Part shown: positions 29,957-40,500 of the stretch, piece by piece
Layout of the letters: each line of letters starts with the position of its first letter
How positions within the stretch are numbered: the stretch's first letter is position 1
Origin: an uncultured Candidatus Saccharibacteria bacterium
GTDB taxonomy: Bacteria; Patescibacteriota; Minisyncoccia; Phycocordibacterales; UBA918
DNA: 64,000 nt
Direction: 5' to 3'
Assembly: GCA_964350735.1 (NCBI GenBank)
Contig: CAYGKO010000004.1
Span: 19,583 to 83,582 of the forward strand
Translations under genes and position numbers: made by a program
The notes under the pieces: model-generated
What the model was told of the DNA's origin: nothing
Database searches by the model: none
The model's input: the letters and a program-made list of their open reading frames with translations, nothing else

Positions 29957-30772
29957 TTATGCAACAGAAATAAATACCGGCTGCAGCTCACGCCAGACTG
30001 CAAGTGGTAGCGTATCTTCAGTGAACATTCCGGGTTCTATCGTACCGACACGAGATATTTTTATAGACTGATCTGGATATACAGCATCCACATACGCCAC
30101 TTCACCAAGTCCATCCTCAGAGATAATTTCAAATATAGAATCGGTTTTTGGCATGACTCCCACATGAACACCCGGTCGACCTTTAAGTAGACGCTGCCAC
30201 GATCCTGCCACTCTGGGGCGTTGTGCTGTCCAAGGAATCTCTACTCCTCGGAGCCTGTGTCGATAGGTTACATATTCAACATCTTGTAGTTCTGTATTCA
30301 TAGCCACAGTATGAAATTCATCATCAATAACCGTCCTGATTGAGATCGTGTCTGAATGCACATCAGTATAGACATCACCAGATTTTAGATTTGGCATCAC
30401 TACACTTCTTTGAGTAACCAAGGCATTTTCATTAACCCAGCCAGTAAGATCACCAGCAGAAACTTTAGCGAACCTGCCTTTGTGTTCATGGTATATAACC
30501 TCAGCTGCATACTGAAATTCATGCTTTACTCCATCAATACTATAGGTGGGAAATAACAAAAGTGGTGTTTCTGGAACTGCGATGTACAGCTTGTCACTGC
30601 CAGCAAATGAAGTCGTAGCCAGAGGATCTTCTTCTAGAGGGATCTTTCGTGCTGCTGACGCAACCGCCGCTGTGTACTCTGTTACTGCTTTTTGACGCTG
30701 ATCTTGCAGTCCAAATTGTTCACTAAAAACAAAGTAGAAAAGATCCTTTCCAACTGCTACTAATGTCTGCAT
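29957..30772 (-). CDS. SH3-like plus degenerate CHAP-like domain protein
   Basis: LTGWV SH3b-like strand. LQDVEYV...AGSW...GEVAYVDAVYPDQSIKIS follows the CHAP pattern with catalytic residues replaced. Confidence 0.55.
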   Translation of the reverse strand: MQTLVAVGKDLFYFVFSEQFGLQDQRQKAVTEYTAAVASAARKIPLEEDPLATTSFAGSDKLYIAVPETPLLLFPTYSIDGVKHEFQYAAEVIYHEHKGRFAKVSAGDLTGWVNENALVTQRSVVMPNLKSGDVYTDVHSDTISIRTVIDDEFHTVAMNTELQDVEYVTYRHRLRGVEIPWTAQRPRVAGSWQRLLKGRPGVHVGVMPKTDSIFEIISEDGLGEVAYVDAVYPDQSIKISRVGTIEPGMFTEDTLPLAVWRELQPVFISVA

Positions 30773-30810
30773 AGATCCATAGTACCACTAGGAGCTGCAT
30801 CACGCATGTG

Positions 30811-31905
30811 TTACGACAGTGACTTAAAACCCGACATTACCAAACTTCCAAGTGCGATAGTGAACAGTGCGAGAATCGCCAGCGCTCCAAGAACTGGCAC
30901 ATAGACAAGAGCTTGGACTGCAATAGTTCCAATTATGATCCATACTAGATCAACTCTATACCCTTGCCCGAATACGCGAGCCAGCAATGCTCCAGCATAA
31001 ATATGCATCACCACAAATGCCACAACGTACAACAGTAACGTTCCCAACAAAACTACTAATCCTAGCCAGAATCCTAGCACCGTTAGCATTAGAAGAATGG
31101 TGAGCGGAAGAGAAAGTAATACTACGGCTAAACCAATCAGACCATTTCTTCCGACATGACCTACGGTAGACTGGACTAATGTGTGAAGACGAGCTCTAAA
31201 CAACAAGAACGCACATAATGTGCTAAATAATGCGATAAGAAGCGGGAGCAATACATCTTTAGGAGACATTGTAGGAAGCAGCTCTGGCTGTGTCCTGTTT
31301 ACATTCCCTTGCACGACTGCAGCTTGAGATCTTTGTATTTCACCTTGGCTTTTATACTGAACATTACCAATAATATTTGCTCGCTCTCCAAGTGTAAGCT
31401 GTTGAGTGGTTACATCAACTTCTCCATTCACCACACTATCAATTCGCACCCGTTCAGCAGTACCAACAACAGAACCGGCTACGTCACCAGAAATATCAGC
31501 TTCTCCACCGAAAAAATAGACGTCGCCACCAACGCTTGCAGTCGAGAGAATCTGTAGCGAACCGCCGATCACAAACACATCACCTCCAACAGACTCTGCC
31601 AATATCACTTCTCCGCCTAATACCCGGACGTCATCAGTGACTGAAGCGTGCACATGAGCAGTACCTGAAAAAAGAGTAAGGTCTTCAGTGACAATACCGT
31701 TTATAGTTACACTACCACCCACTGCGTACATATCACCGGCAATTGTACCTGACATTAAAACACTTTCACCAGCTGCATAAAAATCACTTTCAACAATCTG
31801 ATCCTCGGCCACTTGTACCGCATCACCCGTTCGAACAACTGTTTCGGCCTGTGAAAATACTGGCAGTACAATTAGTGCTACAACTAGAAAGATTTTAAAT
31901 TTCAT
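30811..31905 (-). CDS. Bactofilin-like beta-helix membrane protein
   Basis: Signal peptide, repeated V.GD.Y..GG.V.I.G units, five C-terminal TMs. Confidence 0.8.
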   Translation of the reverse strand: MKFKIFLVVALIVLPVFSQAETVVRTGDAVQVAEDQIVESDFYAAGESVLMSGTIAGDMYAVGGSVTINGIVTEDLTLFSGTAHVHASVTDDVRVLGGEVILAESVGGDVFVIGGSLQILSTASVGGDVYFFGGEADISGDVAGSVVGTAERVRIDSVVNGEVDVTTQQLTLGERANIIGNVQYKSQGEIQRSQAAVVQGNVNRTQPELLPTMSPKDVLLPLLIALFSTLCAFLLFRARLHTLVQSTVGHVGRNGLIGLAVVLLSLPLTILLMLTVLGFWLGLVVLLGTLLLYVVAFVVMHIYAGALLARVFGQGYRVDLVWIIIGTIAVQALVYVPVLGALAILALFTIALGSLVMSGFKSLS

Positions 31906-31907
31906 AT

Positions 31908-32654
31908 TTATACATTTTGATCTTTACGAATAATTGATTCATCTAATTCTGCAATAGTCTGTTTTTCTGCCTCTATCTTCTCTTCTTCTTTTTTGATAGT
32001 TGACTCAGCAATGTGCTGCTTCTCGTATAAATTCATAAGCGAGAACGTAATCATCGCAGCAAAGATAATCCCCGCCAAGTTCATTAGCAGCATCACTGTC
32101 GAGCCGGTAACAATCGCCAGGTTCCAGTCTGCAATTCCCACCCCGATTACCGCAAGCGGTGGAATAAGTGCGACTGAAATAGCAATCCCAGGTAATGTCT
32201 CACTCCACTCAGGCTGTCCAAGCGCAAACGACACTGCTGCACCTGCTGCTACAGCTACCAAAAAGTGCAACAACGATGGTTCGGTCCGACTTAGTACTTC
32301 AAATGTCTCAACCGATCCTTCACTAAAAAGCACCGTCGCAAGAGCTGCCAATCCAATTCCGATAGCAAATGACTTACCTAAAGTAAAGATCGAACGTCCA
32401 ATCACTTCTGGATTCGACATCACCAGCCCTAAAGCGACACCAAGAATCGGATACAGTACTGGAGCGATCAGCATACTTCCAATCACAATGGACGCACTAT
32501 CCAGCAGCAGACCGAGTGTGGCCATAAGTACTGCCAGACTAGTAATATAAAAGAAATCAAAGTTTGGAGTACTAGACTGCATTAGTTTACGCACTACAGC
32601 AGCCTTATCTTTATCTTCCATCGCACGAAAGTGGGCAAAAATCGACATATCCAA
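31908..32654 (-). CDS. DUF389 / TIGR00341 membrane protein
   Basis: ATLGLLLDSASIVIGSMLIAP, LPGIAISVALIPPL. Confidence 0.88.
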   Translation of the reverse strand: MDMSIFAHFRAMEDKDKAAVVRKLMQSSTPNFDFFYITSLAVLMATLGLLLDSASIVIGSMLIAPVLYPILGVALGLVMSNPEVIGRSIFTLGKSFAIGIGLAALATVLFSEGSVETFEVLSRTEPSLLHFLVAVAAGAAVSFALGQPEWSETLPGIAISVALIPPLAVIGVGIADWNLAIVTGSTVMLLMNLAGIIFAAMITFSLMNLYEKQHIAESTIKKEEEKIEAEKQTIAELDESIIRKDQNV

Positions 32655-32704
32655 ATCTTATTAGTTAATAGGTACAGTATAACAAAATACTGCTATTTTT
32701 ATAG

Positions 32705-33172
32705 CTATTCTAAGCATCCAAACAGAGCGAGACCTTCGGCAAAGCCTGGCGTTGCACCATTTTTAAATTCAGTTAGCCGTTCGGTTCCCACTTGCTCCTC
32801 AGCGCACATAATCATAGTGGGCGTAATTTCAAAGGTATTTACATCAATACCAAAGGTCTCAGCTGCTCTAATTTGAGATTCGGAAAGCTGTAAATCTCGC
32901 AAAAATATACTTTGTGGTGCTGATTCAGTAAATATACGCTCATCTAGCGTATCTTGATTCTGCATTCGTGGCGCAGCCCCTGCTTCGGCGGAATTAGGTG
33001 TCGTCTCCTTCGGGACTGAATTAGTCTCTGGAAACGCTGTTGGAATTGCCACATTACTAGCTTTAGAAGCTTTTTTTTCTGCCAGCGCACCTTGGACTAA
33101 AAACCAAACTGCTAGGGTTACTAATATAGCCCCTAGCAACATTATGATTCCTACGATAACTTGTTTTTTCAT
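32705..33172 (-). CDS. Membrane-anchored hypothetical protein
   Basis: N-terminal TM, low-complexity linker, small two-Cys C-terminal domain. Confidence 0.7.
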   Translation of the reverse strand: MKKQVIVGIIMLLGAILVTLAVWFLVQGALAEKKASKASNVAIPTAFPETNSVPKETTPNSAEAGAAPRMQNQDTLDERIFTESAPQSIFLRDLQLSESQIRAAETFGIDVNTFEITPTMIMCAEEQVGTERLTEFKNGATPGFAEGLALFGCLE

Positions 33173-33180
33173 ATATCAAT

Positions 33181-33351
33181 TTATATTTTATATGTTACGG
33201 GCGCTTGTAGAAAGCTGACAATCAGCAATCCTAATACGATCATAAAAAGACCAACCGCAAATACCGTAACTCGTGGGCGTGACAATTCTTGCTCACCAGT
33301 GTGCCAATCGCGAATGTATAAGAAACTAAAAATAAATCTAAATGGGTCCAT
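33181..33351 (-). CDS. Small membrane protein
   Basis: MDPFRF...RDWHTGEQELSRPR plus one TM. ATG 1 nt after the upstream stop. Confidence 0.6.
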   Translation of the reverse strand: MDPFRFIFSFLYIRDWHTGEQELSRPRVTVFAVGLFMIVLGLLIVSFLQAPVTYKI

Positions 33352-33352
33352 A

Positions 33353-33655
33353 TTAACCAAGCTTTTTGTATAGTGTACCAGTGAGTACCAAAACACCAAG
33401 ACCAAGCAGTAAAATAAGTAGTGGATTTCTATCCAAAAAACTAACTTGTCCTATAATGCGTTCGAATCCAAAAAAGGTAGCGGCCACTCCAAACGTGACT
33501 GCTACTAAAAAAATACTAGGATACCGCTTAGAAAACGAAGCACGATATGGCCGTACAATCTGATCTGTAGTTTTTGCTACGGCGTCAGCAACTGACTCAA
33601 CTGTCTCGATTGTTTCTAGTACCGGGTCTTTAGGTATAGTGGACGGTTTTTTCAT
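33353..33655 (-). CDS. Small two-TM hypothetical protein
   Basis: RYP..F...TFG...LTGTLYKKL. Operonic spacing. Confidence 0.65.
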   Translation of the reverse strand: MKKPSTIPKDPVLETIETVESVADAVAKTTDQIVRPYRASFSKRYPSIFLVAVTFGVAATFFGFERIIGQVSFLDRNPLLILLLGLGVLVLTGTLYKKLG

Positions 33656-33658
33656 ATA

Positions 33659-34681
33659 CTATTCTGAAAATATTTCTAATCCCCGCTCCCACATTTCTGG
33701 ATGCCCCTTATCTTGCAACCAGTACCACCACTCTGCTCCCCAGAGATATTGTTTTTCGAAACGAGTTTTCTCAGCGTATTCTAAAATATCATTTAATTTA
33801 TCGATATCCATTCGTGAGTACTGAGTCTCAATATCTACATTAACAATTGGTTCTAACAACCAGGGTTCGGCTGATAACTCAATCAACATTGATTCCTGCT
33901 CTCCATACAAAAGACTCATGACACTTGTCTTCACTCGATAGAACCATGGCGGGAGAACTGTTCTGAACTGTCCTAGTTCTGGATTCCAGAAATGTACATA
34001 GACACTGGTTCCAAACGCGTCACCGTTTTTCCACGGACCAGCCCACAAGCCAAGGTTGCCGCTGTCTGTTACGAGAATTGGTCTTGTGGGGTCAAGCGAC
34101 TTCACTAACGCAACCTCTTCTTCTAGAAATACTTCGTCAAAATCTCCACAGTGTTCATATGCAAACACGGTAAGATACGGCTCATTTTCTACCTGCCAAT
34201 ACGTGATCGCGGGGCTATCTTTATAACGATTTACAATCAATTCAATGTACTCACGTACTTCTGCTTTTTGAGTTTCCCAAGAATCTTCTTTAGCCCACCC
34301 GGGCACGTGACATTCTGGCCACCGGGGTAAACGTCTACCGACAGCAAACACTACCTCAGCACCCACCTCTTCAGCTCGTTCAATTTGATAGTCTAATTCA
34401 CTGAAGTTGTAAGCGTCCCGTTTCGGTTCAACCATCGGCCAATGGGCTGCTAGGCGTAAATGGCGCACATTTAGTTCATCAAGAATAGCATCGTAGGTCT
34501 CCTTCCAATCTAACCCCAGCTCTCGGGCATAGGGTGTGTTAAATGACATGCCATATTGAATCTTTTCTGGTACCTCTCTATCAGCTAAAACACAAACAAC
34601 ACCGGCGAATACTGCAGATAGTAAGAAAACAACAAATGCTACTTTTTTCCACAGTGACTTTTTTAAAAGTGAGTGGATCAT
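33659..34681 (-). CDS. Clan GH-A glycoside hydrolase (GH5/GH42-like), membrane-anchored
   Basis: W..VEP....YNFSELD, WQVENEP acid/base motif, IELSAEPW. Confidence 0.8.
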   Translation of the reverse strand: MIHSLLKKSLWKKVAFVVFLLSAVFAGVVCVLADREVPEKIQYGMSFNTPYARELGLDWKETYDAILDELNVRHLRLAAHWPMVEPKRDAYNFSELDYQIERAEEVGAEVVFAVGRRLPRWPECHVPGWAKEDSWETQKAEVREYIELIVNRYKDSPAITYWQVENEPYLTVFAYEHCGDFDEVFLEEEVALVKSLDPTRPILVTDSGNLGLWAGPWKNGDAFGTSVYVHFWNPELGQFRTVLPPWFYRVKTSVMSLLYGEQESMLIELSAEPWLLEPIVNVDIETQYSRMDIDKLNDILEYAEKTRFEKQYLWGAEWWYWLQDKGHPEMWERGLEIFSE

Positions 34682-35610
34682 GTAAATAAGACGAGGAAAC
34701 CTAATGAGATGATTGCTACATACGCCACCTTCCGCATAATTGTCTGGAAATCAAACTCATTTTCGCCAGCAGATTCTGGGATAAGACGGCCAATAACCAA
34801 ACTCAAGAGAATAATGAATACAAACTTTAACCCATCGAGCGCTTGAACCACCGCCACATCACCCCAGTCAGTTGCCTTGAGTAACATAAATGCAGCGACA
34901 CCAGCCAAGATTTTTGTTGCGAGTACAATAACGCCAGTTTTTTTGCTTGTGGTCTTGGTTTGAGCTCGGATCTTTTCTAAGTATGCCGGCACCAGAAGCA
35001 ACGAGAGTGCAAACAGCACAAATGCGACGCGCGACCAAAAGAAACCATCGTCAAAACTAGTTTCTTGAAACAACCCCTTCATCGCAATAAAGTGCAGGGC
35101 GAAGAAGAGACCAGCGTGTACCGCATGTAATGCTACGCTACCAGAAAAGCGCATCTGTGAAACTAACATGGTGCCAAAAGCTAGAATGAGAATCCCGGCA
35201 ATGAAATTATGGGTCAGCTGTGCATCTAAGAAAAGGTACGACATACCAAACGTAGAAATCGCTGAAACAGCTCCAATCACGGGAATAACATCTGAAGCAT
35301 CAGAATGCTTAAGACCATCATACATAGACACCAGAGCCATAAAGAACGTGTAAGCGGCCAAGAAAGACATACCTACGACTTGAATAGTTGGTACGGCAAC
35401 ATTGCTCAACTGAGGAAATCCAATTGAGGCCAGACCTGGAATAAATCCAACTGCATATACAGCAATCCAACCACCTGTCACCAGACATGAGTAAAAAGCA
35501 TACACGAAGGGTCGTGGCAATGCTTTCTCGTCCGTCACAATATATTTATCTAGAATCGCAACGATTGCATTCAAGAATTGTCCGGCCGTAGCCAGTAGAA
35601 TCCAGGCCAT
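34678..35610 (-). CDS. EamA/DMT-like transporter
   Basis: About ten TMs in two repeats. Confidence 0.7.
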   Translation of the reverse strand: MAWILLATAGQFLNAIVAILDKYIVTDEKALPRPFVYAFYSCLVTGGWIAVYAVGFIPGLASIGFPQLSNVAVPTIQVVGMSFLAAYTFFMALVSMYDGLKHSDASDVIPVIGAVSAISTFGMSYLFLDAQLTHNFIAGILILAFGTMLVSQMRFSGSVALHAVHAGLFFALHFIAMKGLFQETSFDDGFFWSRVAFVLFALSLLLVPAYLEKIRAQTKTTSKKTGVIVLATKILAGVAAFMLLKATDWGDVAVVQALDGLKFVFIILLSLVIGRLIPESAGENEFDFQTIMRKVAYVAIISLGFLVLFT

Positions 35611-35686
35611 AGATACGTTGTACGACGTATTACTTACAGTATGACACTAAATGAGCCTGAAAATAGACCCAGCTGTGAAAAACAAG

Positions 35687-36910
35687 CTAAATATCAATCT
35701 GATTATTTTGAATAATTTTTTTATATTCTAGAGCTGAAGAACGAACTTTGCGCTCTAAAGTGGCATAGTCAATTTTAATCAAGCCAAACCGCTTTGTTAC
35801 TCCCAAAGCCCATTCGTAGTTATCCATGAGTGACCAATACATATGCCCCCGCACATCAACTCCAGCCTCCATGGCACGAGCCATTCCCGTTACTTGCACC
35901 TGGATATATTGTGCGCGCAAATCATCATCCCAGTCAGCCAAACCAGCCTCAGAGACAAATATCGGCTTCTGATACTTCTTTAAGATCATAAGCGCCCCGT
36001 AGATACCGCTTGGATATACCTTCCAATCCATGTCGGTACGTAGATAATTTTTTTTATCACCGAATTTTGTATGCCGATAATAATTCAACCCAATCGAATC
36101 AAGATGATCATCAATCTTATTTAAAAACTGTATAGTCTGGAAGTACACCATCACACGGGCGTATAGTTTGTGGCGCCATTTTTGATCTGCTTCAAAAAAG
36201 TGCACATGCTTCACGATACTCACATCTACTTCAGGTTTTACCTGCTTAATACTTTCATACGCTGCGTTATGAGCAGTAGTCAAATGCTTCGCCACTGCAA
36301 AGTACGTGAAGAAATGCCAAAATCGAGCTTTTGCGCCAGTACGCTCAGAAGTTCCGTCTTCCTTGCCAATCTTTTTCCATCCAATCTTTGCTCGCTTAAA
36401 TGGTGGCCACGCCCCGTATAAATACCCGTGAGTTGCATACACATTTGGCTCGTTCATCGTAGTGTAGTCAACACACAAGTCACCGAACTCACCCACGACA
36501 AACGCGCAATAGCGCGCAAAAATATCAGCCGCGTCAGATCGCTCAAAACCACCTGACTCTGTAAACCAGATCGGGAGAGTGAAATGCCACAACGTCACAA
36601 ACGGACGAATGTTTCGCTTTTTTAATGCCCTAAGCACCTCACGATAGTGCTCAATTTCTGTTTGATTAAACTCCCCTTCTCGCGGCTCTATTCTAGACCA
36701 CTCAACTCCAAACCGGTGCGCATTATGTCCAAGTTCTTTCGCCAAATCAAAATCTTCCTCATACCGGTGATAATGGTCTGCTAATCGTCCTGCCGTGGGG
36801 ACTCTTCTCTCTTTTGCGGCCTTGGCCCAATCACAGTTCTCATTCCAGCCTTCAACCTGATATGAAGCTGTGGCGGCTCCCCAATAAAAATCTTCTGGAA
36901 ACTTGAACAT
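35687..36910 (-). CDS. Glycoside hydrolase family 1 (beta-glucosidase-like)
   Basis: FPEDFYWGAATASYQVEG, TMNEP, GLNYY, VSEAG, WSLMDNYEW. Confidence 0.93.
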   Translation of the reverse strand: MFKFPEDFYWGAATASYQVEGWNENCDWAKAAKERRVPTAGRLADHYHRYEEDFDLAKELGHNAHRFGVEWSRIEPREGEFNQTEIEHYREVLRALKKRNIRPFVTLWHFTLPIWFTESGGFERSDAADIFARYCAFVVGEFGDLCVDYTTMNEPNVYATHGYLYGAWPPFKRAKIGWKKIGKEDGTSERTGAKARFWHFFTYFAVAKHLTTAHNAAYESIKQVKPEVDVSIVKHVHFFEADQKWRHKLYARVMVYFQTIQFLNKIDDHLDSIGLNYYRHTKFGDKKNYLRTDMDWKVYPSGIYGALMILKKYQKPIFVSEAGLADWDDDLRAQYIQVQVTGMARAMEAGVDVRGHMYWSLMDNYEWALGVTKRFGLIKIDYATLERKVRSSALEYKKIIQNNQIDI

Positions 36911-36913
36911 AGG

Positions 36914-38089
36914 TTAATCCAGTTTTGCGAGTTTAGTATCACTGATTCCGTATGTTTTACGAGATGCCCATAATTTCATTACTCTATTAACTCCATACCC
37001 AACACCCGCCAACAAAAAGAAGTATACGAAACCAAAGGCTGTGAATGATGGTAGAGAGTCCTCACCAAATAATCCGATCAGAGTTGCACCCACGCCCATT
37101 GAAGTTACGACCGTGAGGTTTTTAACTGAATTGCTAGTTGACTTGGCTTGTAGATCACCAAATAACTGTGCTGCAGATGAAACGTACTTCTGAGTAAGGT
37201 CCCAGATGTCTTGCATGTACGAAAGAGTATCTTCAAGCGTCTCATGCTTATATCCGAGTATTTTCTCAAAATCTTTTAGTCGTCTGTCTTTTTCTGCGAT
37301 CGAGCCGCGAGTACTTAAGTACGTACCCATCTGATTGATACGGGTTCCGATAAAATCAATGGTTTTAGCATACTCGTCAACCTGTTTTTTAAAATCAGGA
37401 ATCTCATTCCCCTTCATAGACCCTCGTTCTTTGACCTCAGCAATCTGTTCCCATATTGTCCGGTGCAAGTTGAGATAGCGGTGCATCTGTCCACGGAACT
37501 CACGCAAAAAGATCTGTTCTTCAATAAAGCGCTGTACCTGATCATCAGTCACCCCACGTTGATTGATAATATACAGTTTGTCACCCCTAAATATCTGATA
37601 GGCGTCATGCTCTACTGCAAAATATTGAGCTTGATCAAATTCACTGAAGAGCGTGTCAACCTCGGACTGATGGGCGTCACTCACCGACACAAAGTACGGA
37701 TACACTGTCTTGATATTTGCTAATTCTTTTGGTACTGGAGCTCCGAGACTAAAAATGTAGCTGAATGCTGGTGACAGCTTTTCTTCATAATATGAAGTTA
37801 ATTTTGAAATATCAGCCTGCAGGTCATGACTATGCTCTGTTGCCAATACAATCAGGCCATCTTCATACATCCGCACCGTAATACCATCTTCGGTCTGCAG
37901 TCTAATATATTCAAGTACATCAACCGTCAGATCCAGGTCTATGATATGTAAATCTGCACGCAGCGCAGTTAGTTTTCCCTGATCGAGTGGTAGTGGTGAT
38001 TCCGCCTCCCGCAAAAAATCATAAATTTCTCCCAAGTGAAGTCGAGTGCGTTGAAACCAACCTCCAACATGTACACGTTTAATTTCCAT
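36914..38089 (-). CDS. Hypothetical protein with coiled helices and two C-terminal TMs (CorA-like topology)
   Basis: Topology only; no GMN motif. Confidence 0.6.
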   Translation of the reverse strand: MEIKRVHVGGWFQRTRLHLGEIYDFLREAESPLPLDQGKLTALRADLHIIDLDLTVDVLEYIRLQTEDGITVRMYEDGLIVLATEHSHDLQADISKLTSYYEEKLSPAFSYIFSLGAPVPKELANIKTVYPYFVSVSDAHQSEVDTLFSEFDQAQYFAVEHDAYQIFRGDKLYIINQRGVTDDQVQRFIEEQIFLREFRGQMHRYLNLHRTIWEQIAEVKERGSMKGNEIPDFKKQVDEYAKTIDFIGTRINQMGTYLSTRGSIAEKDRRLKDFEKILGYKHETLEDTLSYMQDIWDLTQKYVSSAAQLFGDLQAKSTSNSVKNLTVVTSMGVGATLIGLFGEDSLPSFTAFGFVYFFLLAGVGYGVNRVMKLWASRKTYGISDTKLAKLD

Positions 38090-38139
38090 TACCGTTTATT
38101 GTAGCTAAATTATTAGGAAAAATGGTATAAGTAATACAC

Positions 38140-38916
38140 ATGAATAAAAACTGCCCAGACACAGCGATCGTTGTACGCTGCCGAAACGAAGAACGCTGGA
38201 TCGGTGAAACATTAGAGCGGCTGAAAAAACAAACGTATCAAAATTTTGAAATTATAGTTGTCGACTCAGGTTCAACAGACAAAACTTTGGAGATTGTAAA
38301 AGAATTCGACGTAACCCTTGTAGAAATAAAACCTGAAGAATTTACGTATCCCTACGCTATCAACGTTGGAATTACAGCTAGTACAGCCTCCGACTTCTAC
38401 GTCATTTTATCAGCCCACTCCTTACCAATTGGTGAAACGTGGCTCGCCAGTGCTATAAGAAATATTAAGCGGGATCCGCAAGCTCTTGGCGTATACGGGC
38501 CATTACTCGCTATGCCTGACGGCAGTCTAACTGACAAACTATTTCACAATACAGGCTACTGGCTCAGTAAGAAAAAAATGTTGCCCAGTACATCATGCAA
38601 AATCACTGTCATGAAAGGTGGCGTCATGGGCTTTACCAATGCCCTCATCCGAAAAGACCTTTATGAGCAGTACCCCATCGATGAAGCCTATGCGGGCGGT
38701 GGTGAAGATCATGTCTGGACTGAATACTGGATTAACCAAGGCTACCATGCCATCAAAGATCTCAACTTTGCAGTGCATCATTCACATTACCTAGGACCCA
38801 TCGGGTGGTATAAGCAGTGGCGGCATTGGAAATCTAACGCTACACCACAACCCTTTGTGCATATGCGGTACCGCAAGGATGCTGCTCACGCGCCCATCAA
38901 TACCCTCTCTCAGTAA
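38140..38916 (+). CDS. Glycosyltransferase family 2
   Basis: VRCRNEE, IIVVDSGSTDKT, LSAH, GGED. Confidence 0.9.
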   Translation: MNKNCPDTAIVVRCRNEERWIGETLERLKKQTYQNFEIIVVDSGSTDKTLEIVKEFDVTLVEIKPEEFTYPYAINVGITASTASDFYVILSAHSLPIGETWLASAIRNIKRDPQALGVYGPLLAMPDGSLTDKLFHNTGYWLSKKKMLPSTSCKITVMKGGVMGFTNALIRKDLYEQYPIDEAYAGGGEDHVWTEYWINQGYHAIKDLNFAVHHSHYLGPIGWYKQWRHWKSNATPQPFVHMRYRKDAAHAPINTLSQ

Positions 38917-39625
38917 AGCTCTTCGGGGCTAAATACTTCAGCCACTTTTGATATAACTCGGTCGTTGCGATAACATCGCGCGCATTGTACGTAGCGATGT
39001 CGCGGAACTGTTTGCTTGCAAACAGTTCCGCGACATCATCCCCAGCCACACCGGCTGCTTTCGGACTCTCAATATCATACGCTCGACAAAACATATGTAA
39101 ATTTGGCCGTCGGTGCATCGCCCCATAAAACGTCAGCTGATCTTGAAGATCAATATGAAACGTCGTTTTTTGCTGATTGAGATATCGTCCTTCCATCAAG
39201 TCTTTAGTTGGGACAACGCCGCAGACCACTGAACGATGTAACAAGAATGGAACGTCAAAGCAGCGACCATTAAACGTCACAAAAGTGTCATAACTTTTTG
39301 CTCCTTCCCAGAAATCTCTCAACATCTCTGATTCACTGCGCTGCCTTAAAACATACCCATCAACTTCTTCGTCTGTCTCGTCACCGTTTCCTATGTAATA
39401 CACGGCACCCAGTCCCCGCTCTAGGTCGTACACTGCTATAGACACCACTGATCCTGTGAGTGGCGAGAAGCCTAGCCCATTTTGTAAATCTTCTAAAAGA
39501 ACAACGTGTTCCTCTTCGCTTTTAGCAGTTTTATCAATCCATCTGGTGAGAGAGTCTTGCGTCACTTCATCAAGTGCACCCCAGTCTTCACCTACTGTCT
39601 CAATATCAAAAATGAGGGTGGGCAT
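38897..39625 (-). CDS. DEDD 3'-5' exonuclease (PolB-exo/RNase_H_2-like)
   Basis: FDIET, TFNGRCFDVPFL, HIDL, YNARDV. Confidence 0.88.
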   Translation of the reverse strand: MPTLIFDIETVGEDWGALDEVTQDSLTRWIDKTAKSEEEHVVLLEDLQNGLGFSPLTGSVVSIAVYDLERGLGAVYYIGNGDETDEEVDGYVLRQRSESEMLRDFWEGAKSYDTFVTFNGRCFDVPFLLHRSVVCGVVPTKDLMEGRYLNQQKTTFHIDLQDQLTFYGAMHRRPNLHMFCRAYDIESPKAAGVAGDDVAELFASKQFRDIATYNARDVIATTELYQKWLKYLAPKSFTERGY

Positions 39626-39633
39626 ACTAGTGA

Positions 39634-40425
39634 TTATAAATCTACTGGAATACCGGCGAAGCAGCTGATGATATTTTCTGTATTCGAGACATGGTATTGA
39701 TACGTTCCATTAACATACTGCCCACCACAATCATCGAGTTCTTCCTTAGGAGTAATTGGTCCATATATCCCAAAACCATCACGGGCAAAACCAATTTTTA
39801 CACCACCTGGCACTGCTTGATACTGCCAAGCGTCGGTATTGAGCAGGGGCAGACCATTTGTAGTTACACCAATAGTGGTATCAGGTAAACAAGAATCAAA
39901 ATTTGAACGAATAGTCCGGATTGGAAGGGTTGTATATACATCTGTCACCAAAACTGACTGGGTTGATGATCCCACTTTTTGTATGAGCTGTGTATCAAAC
40001 TGTACTGACACATCTATAGCTACTGCCAACCGTGGCTGATTAGGCCAATCATTAGTTTTTATATGAGGTATTGCATTTCCACAATATTGGACCGGAGAAA
40101 TACTGGCAACAGTACCAGTAGAGACCACAGATTCATCAAACGAAACGGTGTCTGGCGAATCTACTGAAGTAAAAACTGGTGGCGCACTAATGAGTTGCCC
40201 CTCCCCAGCTGCAATCTTTTTTTGTAAGTCAGCCAAGCGATCCGCTCTGCTATCATTTTTTGGCACTCCAGAGATTGTAATATCCTGTACTTCAGCAGCA
40301 GAAAAATCTACCTCGTCACTAACGGAAAGTGCGCCCTGATCTTTTGTTTGCACTGTGTAAAAAACAACCATAATCAAAAACACTAACGCCGTTACAAACA
40401 ACAAAAAATCTCTCGTTCGTATCAT
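39634..40425 (-). CDS. Membrane-anchored protein with YHYH-like domain
   Basis: IGVTTNGLP, IGFARDGFGIYGP, LDDCGG...YQYH. Start at MIRTRD with TGGTATCAT 6 nt upstream. Confidence 0.65.
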   Translation of the reverse strand: MIRTRDFLLFVTALVFLIMVVFYTVQTKDQGALSVSDEVDFSAAEVQDITISGVPKNDSRADRLADLQKKIAAGEGQLISAPPVFTSVDSPDTVSFDESVVSTGTVASISPVQYCGNAIPHIKTNDWPNQPRLAVAIDVSVQFDTQLIQKVGSSTQSVLVTDVYTTLPIRTIRSNFDSCLPDTTIGVTTNGLPLLNTDAWQYQAVPGGVKIGFARDGFGIYGPITPKEELDDCGGQYVNGTYQYHVSNTENIISCFAGIPVDL

Positions 40426-40500
40426 ATGCCCATGATACCAAAAGGCTTGCAGCGATGCTGCAAGCCTTTTGGTATAACCGTACGTACTCATTCACCTTAC

